A model generated the notes under the pieces. That model had not been told where the DNA came from. It saw only the letters and a program-made list of their open reading frames with translations, and searched no databases. Source: Picochlorum sp. SENEW3 (Eukaryota). Taken from it: 64,000 nucleotides of DNA. The position numbers were made by a program, and so were the translations under genes. Of this stretch, positions 43,189 through 55,682 are shown piece by piece; the first letter of the stretch is position 1, and each line of letters starts with the position of its first letter. The DNA is taken from the NCBI GenBank assembly GCA_034226945.1, contig CP120456.1:868001-932000 (forward strand), in the 5' to 3' direction.

Positions 43189-46100
43189 TTAACTGGTTGG
43201 TATCCAGATTTTCTTCTTTTCCTGAGATGCTTGTCTCTGTCCAGGATGGAGAGCCTTTGGCTTGGAGGTATTTTCCAATGGCTCCATGTCCTCCTTCTCG
43301 TTGGTGGTCACAGAGGTGATGGTAGCTGTTCCATCGGGTTCTTCATCTTGTGTTTGCAGGTTGATGGCGCGGGCAACTGATGTGATACTGTCGAATGATG
43401 CTGAAGGAGATGCTGGGCTCTTGCTGCTGCGTCTGAGCATTGATTTGATGGTTTGAATCGGCGACTTTTTGCTCTGCGATCGCTTCAGAGGTGTTTTTTC
43501 TCTGGAAATGACGAGAGCCAAGTAGTCTGAGATCATTTCCGCTTTGCTCTTGGACCCAGGTTTCCATACATCACCGGTGACGAGATGAATACCACAAAGG
43601 TGCTGCTCCAAATCTTTTCTTGTCAGCTTGAAGACTGGTGACTCTCCTCTATCTGCACGGGCTTTATTCATATGACCTAGCACTGCTATTTCTCCTGGTA
43701 AGAGTTCTTTTGAGTTGTTCGTACTGGATGAGGAAAGTTCAGACGTCGTAGCACCTTCATTAGCAGATATGATGTTGACAGAGTCCAGTTCGTGCAAGAC
43801 ATGTTTGACCTCCATGTCATCAGATGGTTCAGCTCGTGGAACGGACCCTGGTGTTTGGTGAATTTGATTCTTTTGTAAACTCTCAATCTGCATTAATTGC
43901 TCCAATCTTTCTGCTTCTGCCACCTCTAGTTTCAGCTTGAGCATTTCAACCTCCTCCACAAGATCATTCATTGCTGATTGAGATTCATAGGCCTGTGTTT
44001 TGTACTTGCTTGCTGTCTTGAACAATTCCACCAAGGACGTCTGTGCATCCTCCACAGCCTCAATGGATTCCCAACGTTTTGGATCGGCAGCACCCTCACC
44101 TCTCTCTTCCTCTGCTGTTCTCATCTGCATCAACGACAGCTGCAACTCTTGAATTTGCTGTCCATGCCGCTCAGACTGTTCTAACAACGCGTTTTTCTTT
44201 TCTTCAAGCTGTTTCGCATCCTTGTTTCCACCAGGGGATAATCCCCACCATCTGGGATTTTTCAAAGCTGCTATCTTTCGTTCAACCTGCCGCAGTTCTC
44301 TTGCCACCTCGGAGCGAGATGCCTTCTCTCCTTCCAGAACTTTTTGCAGTTCTATAGAAGAGCAACATGCATCCAATTCACTTTCTATCCATTCGTTCAC
44401 TTCTTCCGGCTGTTTGAATCGCATCTGAGCTGATTCAGGTCTGGAGTCTGCGCTTCTGGTCCGGCTAGATAATTTGCCCTGTCGCCGCCCTGCAAGGTTG
44501 GCCAGTCTCTTTCTAGCTGCTGCAGCTTCTTCAATCTTTCTACGAAGATACGCTTGCTGCCTGCTACTCTGAGCCTCCATTTTCAGAAGTCGTACAGCAG
44601 CCGTTTGATTCTCTTTCTTCAGTTTTTGAACCTCTCTATCACGTTGCTTCTTCCATTGTACATATTCCTTTCCAGCTTTGTCAGCTTGCTTCTGCAACAT
44701 GGCTTTATGGACTTTGATATTTTGAATTTCTCCTTCCAAGTCTTTTACCTTTTGAGCAGCTCTTCTTTGAGTGGCCTCCAGACTTCGTATCTTAATTTCC
44801 TTCTTCTCGGCGGCTTTGACTTTCAAGTCGAGATCTCTCAGTTTACCCTTGTACATTCTCTCAAGCCTGGCCCGTTCTTCTGCTGATGCTGATTTCAGAT
44901 CTTTGATCTTTTGGAGTAATGACTTTCTTTCCTTAGCCAACGAATCTCTTTCCTTTTCGATTTCTTGCAAATGACTTTGGAAGGCCACTTGCATGGAAGC
45001 ATGGCTGGTAACTTTCCGTATGGCAGCTTCTTTTGCCTCCAAATCATACTGAAGTTTTTCCATTTCAGCAGTCATGGAGTCAAGTTTACTTCTACGGTGC
45101 AAGTCTTCGTCTTCGTGTATGAATGGCTCTCCGTCGCCTGGGGAAAATGAGACCTCATCAATATCACTGTGGCCACGAGTGACTGGCGAATTTGGGGAGG
45201 ATGGACTCCCGGCACTCGCGACTCGTAACCTTCTGTTCTCTTCCTCAAGATTTTGCATTTTCTTCAAGAGATTGGATTCAATAGAATTTGCTTCTACGGA
45301 TGCTCCAATTTTCGTAATTGTCTCAGAAGCCTTGTCCTCTCCAAGATGCACTGATAAAGCCTGGGCCATTTTATCCCTTTGCATACTTGCAATCAATGCT
45401 TCTTCCGCTTGTTCTTGCAAATCTTTCTTTAAAGCTTCATTATTCTTTCTTGCAACCCGAAGTTCCATTGTCAACCTCGCCAACTGGGCCCTTGTTGACT
45501 CTAGCTCTGCCTCCAAATCTTCTTTATCATGCTCTTCCAACAGCTTCTCAGACGGAGAAATGCCGAGTCGCTTTCGTAAATCTGCATTTTCTGATCTCGC
45601 TAACGCGAGCTGTTGGCGAAGAGCAGATATCTGGGCTGCCACCGGATCTCTGTTGACCACAGGCTTGTTCTTAATAGCTCTTGCTCTGCTTGCATACCTC
45701 AATGTATTCAAACTCTCCTCCAAATTGACATCTGCTGGCGATACACATGCAATCATAAGGGTTCTACTATTTCCACCCAGCGAGTCTTGAAGCATCCGTG
45801 TAAGTTTGGAGTCCCTGTATGGAACATGCTGCTTGTTCTCAGATAGAGCATTGATAACATTACCCAGAGCCAACAGGCCTTTATTGATCTTAATCCCCTC
45901 TTGAAGCCTTTGACCTTCGCTTTTCGTCCTTTTGACTCTCTCACTCCCAGCCAAATCTACCAAATGCATCTTCGCACACAAGTATGAATCATCCACAGCA
46001 TCATCTTCATCTTCACTCTCTGTGTCCTCCCCAGTCTCCTCCGTGGATTCCTTACTTTCTTCACGGTTGAGCACACTGGTTGCATTATCAATATTTCTCT

Positions 46101-46857
46101 GTTCAACTGTTATTGTGAATATCGCATGGGACCTTGAGGATCTTTGGTTCATCCCTGTTGCTCCAGTCGCTCGAAGACAGGTTCCTCTCTCCAGAACAGC
46201 AATCATCTCCGCCTCGTTCTTCACCTCAATTTCCTGTGCTCCTGCCAGCATGATACCTCCTCCTGGAAGTTCCCGTATATGCACTGCAGATGCATGCGTT
46301 GAACGTACACTGATCAAATCTTTGATTTCTTCCTTGTGAATCTCCACAAACCCAACCTTGACTGTATATTCCTTCGTCTCTTTCGATCTCCTGATGCGAT
46401 CAAATATCGAAGACATTGCTTTTGGAATAACACCCTGCTCTTCTACTCCACACGTCTGCGGAAATGCACTCCCCATGGTGTATGTCTTCCCAGACCCTGT
46501 CTGGCCATATGCAAATACCGTCGCATTATATCCAGCAAAGAGGCCATCTACCAATGGAGATACGCAATCTTCATATAATAAAGATGAATCTTGCCCTACA
46601 TCGCCGCCATACACGTGATCATACGTAAAACTGTGGGGTCCAGTCGTCACCTGCAGACAAGAGACACGGTAAGACGCATGATAGACGCTCATCCATGCCG
46701 CATCAGAAGAACCGCATACCTGTGAACTCCCATGAGAGGTAACATGAATGCATTCTGCGCATCCCTGATCCAATTCTTGCTCAATCAGAGGTCGGATATG
46801 GAGAGCCACTGCTACCGACTCTGAAGAGTTGCTTTCAGTGGAATCCTTACGGACCAT
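43189..46857 (-). CDS. Kinesin-4 (chromokinesin/KIF4/FRA1-like; in-frame intron 46651-46719)
   Basis: AYGQTGSGKT, NQRSSRSHAIF, LVDLAGSER and HVPYRDSKLTR, followed by a long coiled coil. Confidence 0.92.
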   Translation of the reverse strand: MVRKDSTESNSSESVAVALHIRPLIEQELDQGCAECIHVTSHGSSQVCGSSDAAWMSVYHASYRVSCLQVTTGPHSFTYDHVYGGDVGQDSSLLYEDCVSPLVDGLFAGYNATVFAYGQTGSGKTYTMGSAFPQTCGVEEQGVIPKAMSSIFDRIRRSKETKEYTVKVGFVEIHKEEIKDLISVRSTHASAVHIRELPGGGIMLAGAQEIEVKNEAEMIAVLERGTCLRATGATGMNQRSSRSHAIFTITVEQRNIDNATSVLNREESKESTEETGEDTESEDEDDAVDDSYLCAKMHLVDLAGSERVKRTKSEGQRLQEGIKINKGLLALGNVINALSENKQHVPYRDSKLTRMLQDSLGGNSRTLMIACVSPADVNLEESLNTLRYASRARAIKNKPVVNRDPVAAQISALRQQLALARSENADLRKRLGISPSEKLLEEHDKEDLEAELESTRAQLARLTMELRVARKNNEALKKDLQEQAEEALIASMQRDKMAQALSVHLGEDKASETITKIGASVEANSIESNLLKKMQNLEEENRRLRVASAGSPSSPNSPVTRGHSDIDEVSFSPGDGEPFIHEDEDLHRRSKLDSMTAEMEKLQYDLEAKEAAIRKVTSHASMQVAFQSHLQEIEKERDSLAKERKSLLQKIKDLKSASAEERARLERMYKGKLRDLDLKVKAAEKKEIKIRSLEATQRRAAQKVKDLEGEIQNIKVHKAMLQKQADKAGKEYVQWKKQRDREVQKLKKENQTAAVRLLKMEAQSSRQQAYLRRKIEEAAAARKRLANLAGRRQGKLSSRTRSADSRPESAQMRFKQPEEVNEWIESELDACCSSIELQKVLEGEKASRSEVARELRQVERKIAALKNPRWWGLSPGGNKDAKQLEEKKNALLEQSERHGQQIQELQLSLMQMRTAEEERGEGAADPKRWESIEAVEDAQTSLVELFKTASKYKTQAYESQSAMNDLVEEVEMLKLKLEVAEAERLEQLMQIESLQKNQIHQTPGSVPRAEPSDDMEVKHVLHELDSVNIISANEGATTSELSSSSTNNSKELLPGEIAVLGHMNKARADRGESPVFKLTRKDLEQHLCGIHLVTGDVWKPGSKSKAEMISDYLALVISREKTPLKRSQSKKSPIQTIKSMLRRSSKSPASPSASFDSITSVARAINLQTQDEEPDGTATITSVTTNEKEDMEPLENTSKPKALHPGQRQASQEKKKIWIPTS

Positions 46858-47170
46858 GATTCGTACTATACACTCCAAAATACATACAAAACGCTTGAAA
46901 AGTTGTGAATTTTGCAATCTCAGACGGATATATCGAAGGAAAACCTGACCAATCGAATTCTCGGGCAGTAACGACCAGTCTGGCGTTGCGACAAAATATG
47001 GACAAATATCGGGTATTATGGTATGATCAGCCTCGACTTATCAAGAAAATTAGCAATTTTAATATTTCATCGGTGACAGAGAGCGTATTATTCAGCGAAT
47101 GGCCGTGGCCAAATTGTCGAGTGTCCCAGGCAGATGGTTGCACCCTTGAAGGAATCTCAGAGTAGATCTG

Positions 47171-50100
47171 CTACTTTGGGGAGATCTCATCGTGGAGATC
47201 ATTGGGCAGCCCAAGATCAGAGGCACTCTCGTCTGCACGAGTCTATGTGATACAATACAAAAGTCTTTGTTACATCGCAGACACGGTACCACCGTTGGTT
47301 GGCTTTTGGATGGCTTCATCTCCATTGTTGGCAGTATCATCATCATCAATTCTGAGATTGCCTTCGAGTACTTCTTCCTCTTCATCATTCCCAATTGTCA
47401 CATCGTCGTCGTCATCATCTTTACCGCTTTTATTTGTCGTCATGGTGACTGTCGGTGCGATATCCATGGTTGATGCCTCTGCCATTTCGGAGTCTTCCAG
47501 GGCAAGCCGTTTTGAGGCTGGGATTTTGAGGGCAAGTTTGGCAGACTTTCTCTTTCCCAAATCTGTGGGAGCCTGGTCCCTTTCCGTCTTCAGCGGGTGA
47601 TGATGATGAATAACCGTTCCTGTTAATGCTGCGATTTCAGACTGAATATCGACAGCGTGCTTGGCATTGTCCACAGCAGCCTCTCTCAAATCTTTCTCTC
47701 CGTATTTGATCCAACTAGGTAATTCCTCAGCTTGGGTTCTTTCTATCCAGTTCATCTCTGGATCCTTGTCCATCTCTCGGAAAATTTCAAGCTCTTTATC
47801 ACCTCGAGCAAGCATTTTATTTATTTCATCGTCTGTTGGAGCCATGTTTGACGCCTTCTTCGACCTTTCAGGATCCTGGAGCATGGATTCCAGAGTTTGC
47901 CGTCGTTCCTCCATGGATGTCTGCTGGTCAAATCTACCAGCATCGATCACTTCATTTGCCATGGCAATTTTTCTTGTTTGTATCTGGTTTCGTACAATAG
48001 ATTCGATACTGTCGCCATAGACAAGCTTCTCGCCATTTGCATCATGACTGTCTCCACCCATTTGCCGCGTTTCTACATTATCAGTGACTGCTTCCATATG
48101 AAACACCTTGACCTCGCGGGTTTGTCCTATGCGATGGGATCGAGCAATTGCTTGCTCTTCATTCTTCGGATTTGGATCAGGGTCGTAGATAATGACCGTG
48201 TCTGATGTTTGAAGATTCAGTCCTCTTCCCGCAGCTCGGATGGAGAGCAAAAAGATGAATGAGTCAGAATCTGGCTCCTTGAATTTTCTAATGGCAGATT
48301 CGCGGTCTTCTAAATGCGTTGAACCATCTATTCGAAGATACTTCATCGTTCCGCCACCCATCTTTTCAGGCAACTGCCTCCACTGAAGGTAAATTTCCAA
48401 AATGTCCAACAGACGGGTCATGGTTGAGAACAGCAAAACTTTGTGGCCAGTAGCCTTGAGTTTCAGAAGCATCTTGTCTAGGACAACAAGCTTACCGCAC
48501 TGTTTCACTATTTTAGTTCCAACCATCCATGTCGAAGGAGTGTAGGATAACATGGGGTGATTGCAGACCTTTCTGAGTTCCATGCACTTGTTCTGAAGAC
48601 TTGCCCATTGATGCCCAGTCCTTGAGTATTGTGACATTGGGTCCAAACGAAGTGTTCCGGTAGCCTTAATCCAAGAATATACTGTAGACTGGTGCGCTGA
48701 CATTGGCGTATGAATCGTATATGTCGTCTTCTCGGGAAGCTTGCTTTCAACATCCTCAACCTGTCTGCGGAGCATGAACGGTTCAAGGATTTGATGCAAT
48801 CTGTGTACAACAACGACCCTTTTCTCCGTTTCAAGCCAATCATCCCCATTGTTCTTACCATTCTGTCCACCAAACCACTCTGCGAATACTCTCGCATCGT
48901 CGAACACGTCCGGAAGCAGCAAATTCAGTAATGACCAAAGTTCCTGCAAATCATTTTGGAGTGGTGTTCCTGACAACAAGAGTCTCCTCATGGCATGAAA
49001 TTTATCCAAATCTTTTGCCAATTTGCTATCTCTATCCTTCATTCTTTGCGCCTCGTCAATGATGATATACTGCCAATCCACCTTGGAAAGCTTTGATCTA
49101 TCCCTCATAATGTACTCGTATGTGGTGACAAGAATATTAAACTGCAGTGGCTGCACATCTTGGATATATTTTCGATTTCGCTCGTCCTTGCTCCCAACAT
49201 AATACACACATCGAGCATCTGGAAGCCATTGAGTGAGCTCACTCTTCCAATTCACCATGACCGCATTGGGAACAATGATTAAATGAGGACCAAAATTTGA
49301 CTTCTTCTCCATCAGATATGCAATGAGTGCCATGACTTGTACAGTTTTTCCTAGACCCATCTCATCTGCTAAAATCCCGTTCAAATGATTGTTATACAAG
49401 GATATCATCCACTGCAGACCAACGATTTGGTACTCACGCAGCTTTGCACCTGGTGGAGGTTTCAGCAGTTTAGGCTGCTCGGTAATCTCCTCACTACTAG
49501 AATGTGCCAGATTATAGTACCTCGTCTGCGCATCTGCACCACCCAAATTATCAAGAGCTTCTCGCAAAGCATCATTTCCTTCAGTCGCCTCGGCAACAGC
49601 ATTACGCGCAGCCTCCTGTACCTCCTCTTCTGTCAACCCTTGTCCTCGGGCTTCCTCAATAGCCCTTGTGGCTGCTTTCGATGCCTCTGCAGTTATCTTC
49701 ACTGACGCAATACGCCCCGCTAATTTATGCAAATATTCTTCCGTATCCGCCAAAAACTTACAAATAACTTCATATTTCTCTCCCGCTGCCTCCAAACCAC
49801 CCGTCTGCTTTCGAAGCATTTCCTTGTACGCATCAAAGTCATAATCCTTCAGGGCATCCAAACGCATACTCCTATCATCGCCCTTTTGTTTATTTTGCCT
49901 ATTCACTCTTGCTAATCTCTCATGGGCTCTCATAATAACCTTATTCCTTGCAAGTCGAAGGTCCCTCACTGTATTACTGACTGCCAAAATATCACTACGG
50001 AAGGATTTGGCATCACGAGCTCTTGAAGCCCCTGCCTCTGCTCGCTGCGTGATTTCATACTTGGCCTGATTAATCCTATGCCTTCTATTCGAACTCAACA

Positions 50101-50815
50101 TCGAACTATAATGCTTCTCACCAAGATTACAAATATACAACCCAGACTCGTCAACCCGTTTCCTCACCATTCTCTGATCCTTCAACGCCTGCAGGCAATA
50201 AAACTGCATCAAGGCATCCCCATGCCTCAAAGCAGTTGCCCTCGCTATATCACTCGACATCCCCGGACGGGTATTCGGATCCTTTATGACCTTATTCAGC
50301 GCCAATATCCGCTCTTTATACTCTGCTTGCATACTATTCTGATACTCATTCTTCATCACAAAAATCGGATGTTGGCCCATCCCCTTGTCAGTCGTGTACG
50401 GAGTAACCCCCGTCACCTGCACATTCTGAGCCCGCAACAACCCATGAGGCTGAATGATATAAGGCTTTGCGTCCTCTTCAGTATACCCTTTTCCTTTCGA
50501 TTCCTTCTTATGCTTCATATAATCCTTGAGCTTCTCAATCACACGCCCCCTGTAACTAAAAATCTCTGATGTCACATTCTTCACCTCCCCATCCTCCTCA
50601 CCAAGCGGCCGTGGTTTGAGCATTGCCATGATATCATCATGAAGCTTGGCAGGAAACTTCACTTTGGTATTCAACGCTTCAAAAAACTTAAAGGCAGCAA
50701 CTTGATTCCGAAGAACAACCTGCTGTGACTCTGTAAACAAGACCTTGCCTGTCTCTTCCACAATAATGCCGTTATCTTCGCCCGAGGACGCCACACCTTC
50801 TTCTTCTTGATCCAT
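47171..50815 (-). CDS. BRM: SWI/SNF ATPase, BRAHMA-like (possible terminal intron 47233-47289; otherwise the stop is at 47270)
   Basis: QLQ-like N-terminus, HSA-like region, NGILADEMGLGKT, DEAQRMKD, LSIRAAGRGLNLQ and DPNPKNEEQAIARSHRIGQ. Confidence 0.87.
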
Positions 50816-51633
50816 AGTCTCGTAATAATAAATACGCGGGCGTTACCAGCCGATAGGGCTATGAACAGTACAGGTTGGATACCCCGCTCGTTCACTCTCC
50901 CTCTCTACTACTCTTGAGGTTCTCAATCCCTTGATATTTAGTATTAGATATGTCAAATAAATAACCAGAAATGACCCTTGAAACCGTCCAACACACACCA
51001 GCCTTGACTCAAGAAGAACGTCGTCAATTCACCTCGGCAAAACGACCAGACTCATCCACTGTACCTGCACACATGATATTCTCCCATTCAGACTACGCAT
51101 ATATCGCCCATCTAGAACAACAATGCGATACGTATGCCACATTCGTAGACACACATGGCATTGCTCGTAGGACCATCAGACCACGCACTTCAGACATACA
51201 CCGTCTTGTTGGACTGTCTCATGAGGACTCTTCGGAATGAGAGGGTGAAAATTAGCAGGATTAAGTGGAATCTCATTGGAGTGGTCTATCATGCAGATGG
51301 TGTGAGAGTCCCACGTGCATGACCTCTCGATGCACAGAGGGTGCAACGTCCCATCAATGCCTTCATCCGATGGGTCAAGAATATTCAGATACGCATACGA
51401 ATCGCCATGCAGCAGTGCATCTTGTAGCCTCTTGTTCTGCTATTCAGGAGTGTATGAAAAATCACTGACGGATGGCACGTGTATGCACGGAATCCTCTTC
51501 GCTTCGATCGATCCCTCGTTGGGTGACAATTGGAATGGGATTGTCAACGGGCAGTCATGAATTGAAAACTTATCCATGGGGGTTTTAATCATCATTAAAG
51601 TATATATGTATTGTGGAAAACACAGAGACTCTT

Positions 51634-52401
51634 ATGATTACGAGGTCAATGGACCTGTGCCCAAAGGGTGGCAAGGAACGTTTGAAAATTGAGGCCAGAG
51701 ACAAGAGGATTCGTCGAGCTCGTGAGCAGTCTGTGTATCAGCAGGAATGTATGCTGGCGAAAAAGCGTGCTCAGAGGTCTGCAGAGGTCACAGAGGGGCA
51801 TGGTGGGGTGGCGAAGAAGCGGAAGCGGAAGAAGAGCAATGGAGGAGAGGGGACAGAGGAGCAGAATGGTTCCTCCTCAAGGAAGAGATCGGATAATGTT
51901 CAGACGAAAAAGGCAAAGGTTGGTGATTCATGGGTACCTCCTGTTAGCCCATATGGGTTGTTGGAGGAGGAGTTGTATAAAGATCCATGGAAGTTGCTGG
52001 TGTCTTGCATGTTGTTGAACAAGACAACAGCTGTCCAGGTTAGAAGCATTGTATATACGTTGTTCGAGCTATATCCTACGCCAGAGAGATTGTGTGATGC
52101 AAATATTGATGATTTGGAGCGCATGTTGATGCCTCTTGGGTTATTTCGGAAGAGAGCACAGTCCATCCAGAGGTTTTCACAGGAATACTTGACCAAGGAC
52201 TGGAGGGATGATCCTACTCTTCTGTTTGGTATTGGAAAGTATGCAAAGGACGCGTATGACATTTTCTGCCTCGGCAGGTGGCGAGAGGTGACTCCCGATG
52301 ATAAAGATTTACGATTGTATGTCGAGTTTTTGGAGAGGACGGATGGGCTGGGTGTGGGGTTTGATAGGTATGATGATGATCCCATGGACGAGAGTAGTTG
52401 A
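51634..52401 (+). CDS. MBD4L: MBD4-like HhH-GPD DNA glycosylase (glycosylase domain only)
   Basis: WVPPVSPYGLLEEELYKDPWKLLVSCMLLNKT and LFGIGKYAKDAY..FC. A basic NLS-rich N-terminus is present; the start is uncertain. Confidence 0.87.
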   Translation: MITRSMDLCPKGGKERLKIEARDKRIRRAREQSVYQQECMLAKKRAQRSAEVTEGHGGVAKKRKRKKSNGGEGTEEQNGSSSRKRSDNVQTKKAKVGDSWVPPVSPYGLLEEELYKDPWKLLVSCMLLNKTTAVQVRSIVYTLFELYPTPERLCDANIDDLERMLMPLGLFRKRAQSIQRFSQEYLTKDWRDDPTLLFGIGKYAKDAYDIFCLGRWREVTPDDKDLRLYVEFLERTDGLGVGFDRYDDDPMDESS

Positions 52402-52653
52402 TGGGTTGAAGGAACCTGTGCATGCGGGACCCATGATACTCGTGATATCAGCATGCAAACCTGCGTCACGTGGCATGGAGTGGATGAAATTTATTTTTAA
52501 TTTCTATTGTGTGCCAAGGATCGGGGTATACGTGACCAACCCGGGGTGTTGGTTGTGCGACGGTTGACGAGAGATTGCACTCTGTTTCCTTGGAATTGAG
52601 GTGCTAGAGACTACAGATTTCATACAGTTATAGAATTTAACTTAGTAAAAAAC

Positions 52654-54055
52654 ATGAATCTGAACTCGAGGGTTCAAGGTGTCAAGTCTGACTCCATGGT
52701 ACGTGCAAGGCAGTCTGTTGTTTGGTCAATGGGTTTGCCACGACACACGCATTTGTTGTGTATCAACGACTCTCTTTGGTGTTGTGCAGATGTCGTATTG
52801 GAAGTGTGCCCTGAATGATTTCAAGGTGAATCAGCAGGATATTGTCAAGGTGAAGAAGGGTGCCATGGACCTTGCAAAAGAGTTTGAGAAGATGCTCAAA
52901 ATGTACGAGAAGCAAGAGCTTTCGAACATTGAGCTTCGAGAAAAATTGAAACGGGTAAGACAGGAGAAAGAGATGAAGGAGAAGCAAGTCAAGTTGGCTA
53001 ATCGGACGATTGAAAGGCTCAGTGTGAAGCAGGGAGCAACGGAAGCAGAGGATGCTGTCAAGGATGCGCAGATCCGTAGAATGGAGAGACGGCTTGCTGC
53101 TTTGAAATCATCGGCAGATTTGAAGCACATGTGTGACGAACTAGAGGTGAGGGTTCGGAGTTTGGAACAGGATGTTCGAATTCAGGAGCAAAAGGCAGAT
53201 GATGCAGAGAAAAAGGCGCGCGATGCAGAAAGGGAAGTTGCGCTGTTGCAGAGAGGAATACAGGTTGCTGCAGAGCAGATGACCAAATCATCTGGGAGTG
53301 ATGTATCATCTTCCATGTTGCTTGCTGTCGCAAAAGGGCAGGAGGAGGCAGTGTCATTGTCGAAAAAGTTGGCAGATGCACAAGAAAAGTTGGAGGATAT
53401 GTCCAAGGCTTTAGTATCTGCTCGCAAGCATTTGACATCACAGCATGAGGCTTTAATGCGATGGAAAGAGTGGGAGGCGGCAGAGGCAAAGAGTAGATTA
53501 AGTTTGCAGCAAGAGTTGGAAGATGCCCAGGCAAAGTTGAAACAGATGGCTGACGAGTCCTCAAAGTTCAATGCAGCATATGCGGATGTAAAAAGGGAGG
53601 CGAGCGAGACAAAATCGGCATTAGAAATGGAAAAGACACTTAGAATAGATCTCGAGAAGAGGATGCAGGAGGTGTTGGAGAAACAACAACAACATGGTGC
53701 TCGTCAGTTGAACAGAAAGAGTAGCCAGGCATCACCTCCTGTTCCCATGGTGGAGCATCATCAGAGTCCAGGAACACCACCAGATACCATTGAGCATATT
53801 GAGCGTGAAATGAGAAACTGGAATGAGCACCTCGGTCTAGACAAGAAAACCATGGATACCTCTAGTAATGTTCACCACAGCTCTCATCAAGAGTGCCTGG
53901 CCTCGAATGACAAGGGAGACACCCCGGCAGATGTGAAGCCGCCATCACGGGCCATTAGCTTGGAAGCGTATACAAGTGCGCCGCGCACTGATTCCAATCG
54001 TTTAGCAAACCATACATTGTTTGACTTGGCAAATTTGGACATTGACAATTTGTAA
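52654..54055 (+). CDS. Hypothetical coiled-coil protein (2 exons; intron 52699-52789)
   Basis: Long heptad-rich E/K/Q/A ORF with canonical splice sites. Confidence 0.7.
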
Positions 54056-54067
54056 TCACATAGAAAA

Positions 54068-55237
54068 TCATTTGTAGGATGCATGTCTATCAAATCTCTT
54101 GTCAGGATCACCAAAAGATCGTTTACTAGAGGTAGAAAGTGGGTCATATCGCGTCCGTACAGGCCCAGGACGTCGATCATCATACCGAGGGCGTGGGCTC
54201 ATTGGAGGTCCATGGCGAATGGAATGCCTATACGCCCCTCGTCCTCTATCATCATAACGCCTCCGGATTGATATTGACGACCCCGATCGTCCCAATCTAT
54301 CTGAAAAATAATCTCTATCATCTCGTGGACCGAGATCATTTCTAGATCGCGAATCCAAGCTCTTCACATACTCACCTTCAAGTGCACCGCTTCTCTGTGG
54401 CGACTTGGGGCCCTTATAGTACGAATCCTCGCGCCTTGGGCCATCTCGTTGACTCGATTTGGCCATGGACTTGTCGGATTCTTCATCTTGCTTCTCGCTC
54501 GTCGTTGCCTACACACATTGCACATTGGATCTAGTCAAACACCATCTTTCTAGCACAAGCACACACAATTCAAACCGTACCACATGACGCAAGCGTTCCA
54601 AGAGAGCCTCCTTTTCCTTCTCAATAATAGAAAGCGACTCGGCCATTTCTTTACGCTGCACATCGGCACGCTTGATCCTGCCATGCAACGCATCCAGAGA
54701 GTCTTGCTTCTCTCTCAAGGCCTCCTGCCACGCATCCACTTCTTGCTCATACCGCTGCCGCTTCTCTTCCCTCAAGGCCAAACGAGACTCTTTCTTCGCC
54801 GCCATCCGCTCCTGTCGCCGCAATTCCTTCGACTCTAATCGCTTCTGCCTCTGCGCCTCTTTCTCCTTTTGACGTTCCACCCTCCTTTCTGCCTCCAACC
54901 GCTCCTGTTCCATGCGCAGACGGGCCTCCTCCTCCTCCCGTCTAGCATGCGACTCTTTTTCTTGTAATACATATGTACTATCTATTGCTCTCGCTTCTTG
55001 AAAGACAGGAGCTGAGCGGAGCTCGGTGGGCTGGGGAATGGACCTCGCACGCTGAGCTTCTGTGACGCAACATTCCAACTGAAGCAACAAACACTGTCTC
55101 AAAACTTGCACCTGTTTTTTCTTTGATTTAAGAGTGACAGATTCTGACTCAGATACGAGTTCATGGACATGGTCTAATCGAGGCAGTCTGTTCGCAGAAG
55201 CAATTTCCTTCACATCCTCTGCTAAGAACCCATTCAT
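54068..55237 (-). CDS. Hypothetical coiled-coil plus R/D/S-rich low-complexity protein (intron 54509-54580)
   Basis: The intron joins the 54509 and 54068 ORFs in frame. The start is uncertain. Confidence 0.6.
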
Positions 55238-55682
55238 CGCATTTACTTCATTACTATGTGATATATAAAGTATGATGGTTTTATTGAATGGGTCGGAGGA
55301 GTGTGATTTCTGTTTTATGCGAGTAGACTCATCATTGCAAGTTGCTGGGCTGTCCAAACCCATGCATCCTTTCATAATAGTCCAACCAAATACTCCCAGA
55401 GAGAAGTAGCAGTATCGTTTTCTTCCAACACTCTCTCATTCCCTCACCCATCGATACGGGAACTCGTCGCAGGCCCCTGGGAGCCTATAGTCCAATATGG
55501 TGCTCTCTGGAGAAATGGAAAAAGGTCTGCCGCCCAGGATCCCGTTCTATACGGATGCATCCGGCGTCGGTATGTGCATCATCAACTCGTTGGCACGCGT
55601 ATTAATGCAATGGAGACGGTATTTTAATTTCCAAGAAAAATTTTAGTCCCATTGCAAAGAAGAATGGTGTAACGAATGCATT

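Noticed and set aside
7092..52401. Apparent DNA repair/chromatin cluster (RAD51C, ERCC6L, RAD51D, BRM, MBD4L) and two pseudouridine synthases
   Set aside because: The genes are scattered among unrelated ones over about 45 kb with no shared elements, which is compatible with chance in a gene-dense genome.
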